A program made the position numbers and the translations under genes. The notes under the pieces are model-generated. The model was not told the DNA's origin. It did no database searches and saw nothing but the letters and a program-made list of their open reading frames with translations. This document shows positions 63,015 through 64,000 of a stretch of DNA of 64,000 nt, piece after piece; the first letter of the stretch is position 1, and every line of letters starts with the position of its first letter. This DNA is from Octopus bimaculoides (lineage: Eukaryota), in NCBI RefSeq assembly GCF_001194135.2, contig NC_068987.1, forward strand, positions 10,970,944-11,034,943, written 5' to 3'.

Positions 63015-63572
63015 GGGTGAGAGAGTAATGCATGCCATCAAACAGACACTGGGGTACAAATGTACAAACCCCAATATACAATTTCATGTGTACCCATTTA
63101 ATAAGGGTACATCAGGCACATGCATCACGACCGTATGTGCATGACATGCTGACCTTGCATCAAGATGAACAGCGCATTACCTTACAGGTGAGGGTCCAGT
63201 TAGAATTTTCTTCAAGTTGAGTAGCCCATCCCACTCAAAAGGTCCCTGAATAAGGGTTGTTTAAGAATGATGAACAAAACACCCATGTTTCTGAAGGTGA
63301 ATTGTTCAAACTCCAAAGAATTCCTCTCAGCACATGGCTATGATGCTCCCCAACTACTCCTGCTCATGATTAGAGATGCACATATCATCAGCCACCAAGG
63401 AACATACTCAACTGGTTGTGGTCAAACAACTGACAAGCAAATCTGTGGTATTGAGCAGAATATTTGCTGTAGTCCATCTTTTATACCAACGCAAAACAAG
63501 GTACATGATAACACTTCCAACCAGTTAAGATCAGAAGCCACGAGAGCCACTGCCTGGTACTGTATCAGAGCA
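63015..63572. mobile_element. Unclassified ~555-bp (TTA)n-flanked element, copy 2
   Basis: Colinear with 4014-4568; long TTA arrays on both sides. Confidence 0.75.
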
Positions 63573-63589
63573 ATTATTATTATTATTAC

Positions 63590-63640
<51 letters not shown>

Positions 63641-63872
63641 TGTTATCTGTTATTATTATATAAGGCAGTTAGCTAGCAGAACCGTTAGCACACCGGGCAA
63701 TATGCTTAATGGTATTTTGCCTGTTGCTACGTTCTGAGTTCAAATTCTGAGGTCGACTTTGCCTGTCATCCTTTCGTTGGTTGATAAATTAAGTACCAGT
63801 TAAACACTGGGGTCGAAGTAATCGACTAGTCCCCTACCCCAAATTTTAGGCCTTGTACCTTTAGTAGAAAGG

Positions 63873-63931
<59 letters not shown>

Positions 63932-64000
63932 GGTGACGAACTGGTTGACTCGTGAATAAATAAGTATTACATCTGACAAAGTAATCTGAATGCTAAAGGG

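Noticed and set aside
1-64000. CRISPR arrays, rRNA, snRNA, telomeric repeats, prokaryotic operons
   Set aside because: None seen; the sequence is eukaryotic repeat-rich DNA and the recurring units are SINEs, not repeat-spacer arrays

Overview
AT-rich eukaryotic draft-assembly DNA with many N gaps. The repeat families and dense microsatellites point to an octopus genome; this is inferred from recalled repeat families, not a database hit. No host protein-coding gene could be identified with confidence, and the long ORFs in the track are microsatellite or N-gap artefacts. The window is intronic or intergenic and dominated by mobile elements. (1) About 35 copies or fragments of a tRNA-derived, CORE-like SINE with an internal microsatellite (family A, two alternative tails). 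(2) About 15 copies of a Meta-domain-like SINE (family C, two tails), three of family B and three heads of family F. (3) 3' ends of RTE, Tx1/L1-like, R4/Dong-like and CRE-like non-LTR retrotransposons, and Penelope-like terminal repeats. (4) At least four TTAA-CCC (piggyBac-type) MITE families. One decayed tRNA-Thr body carries a TCT (Arg) anticodon. A few short splice-flanked segments are low-confidence exon candidates. The most interesting signals are a set of elements sitting in (TAA)n arrays (three Dong-like 3' ends and an unclassified ~555-bp element present twice), a non-canonical hammerhead-like motif, a 128-bp tandem array built from a CRE endonuclease fragment, and visible LINE-SINE tail sharing. 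Repeat boundaries were read by eye and are approximate unless TSDs are given.
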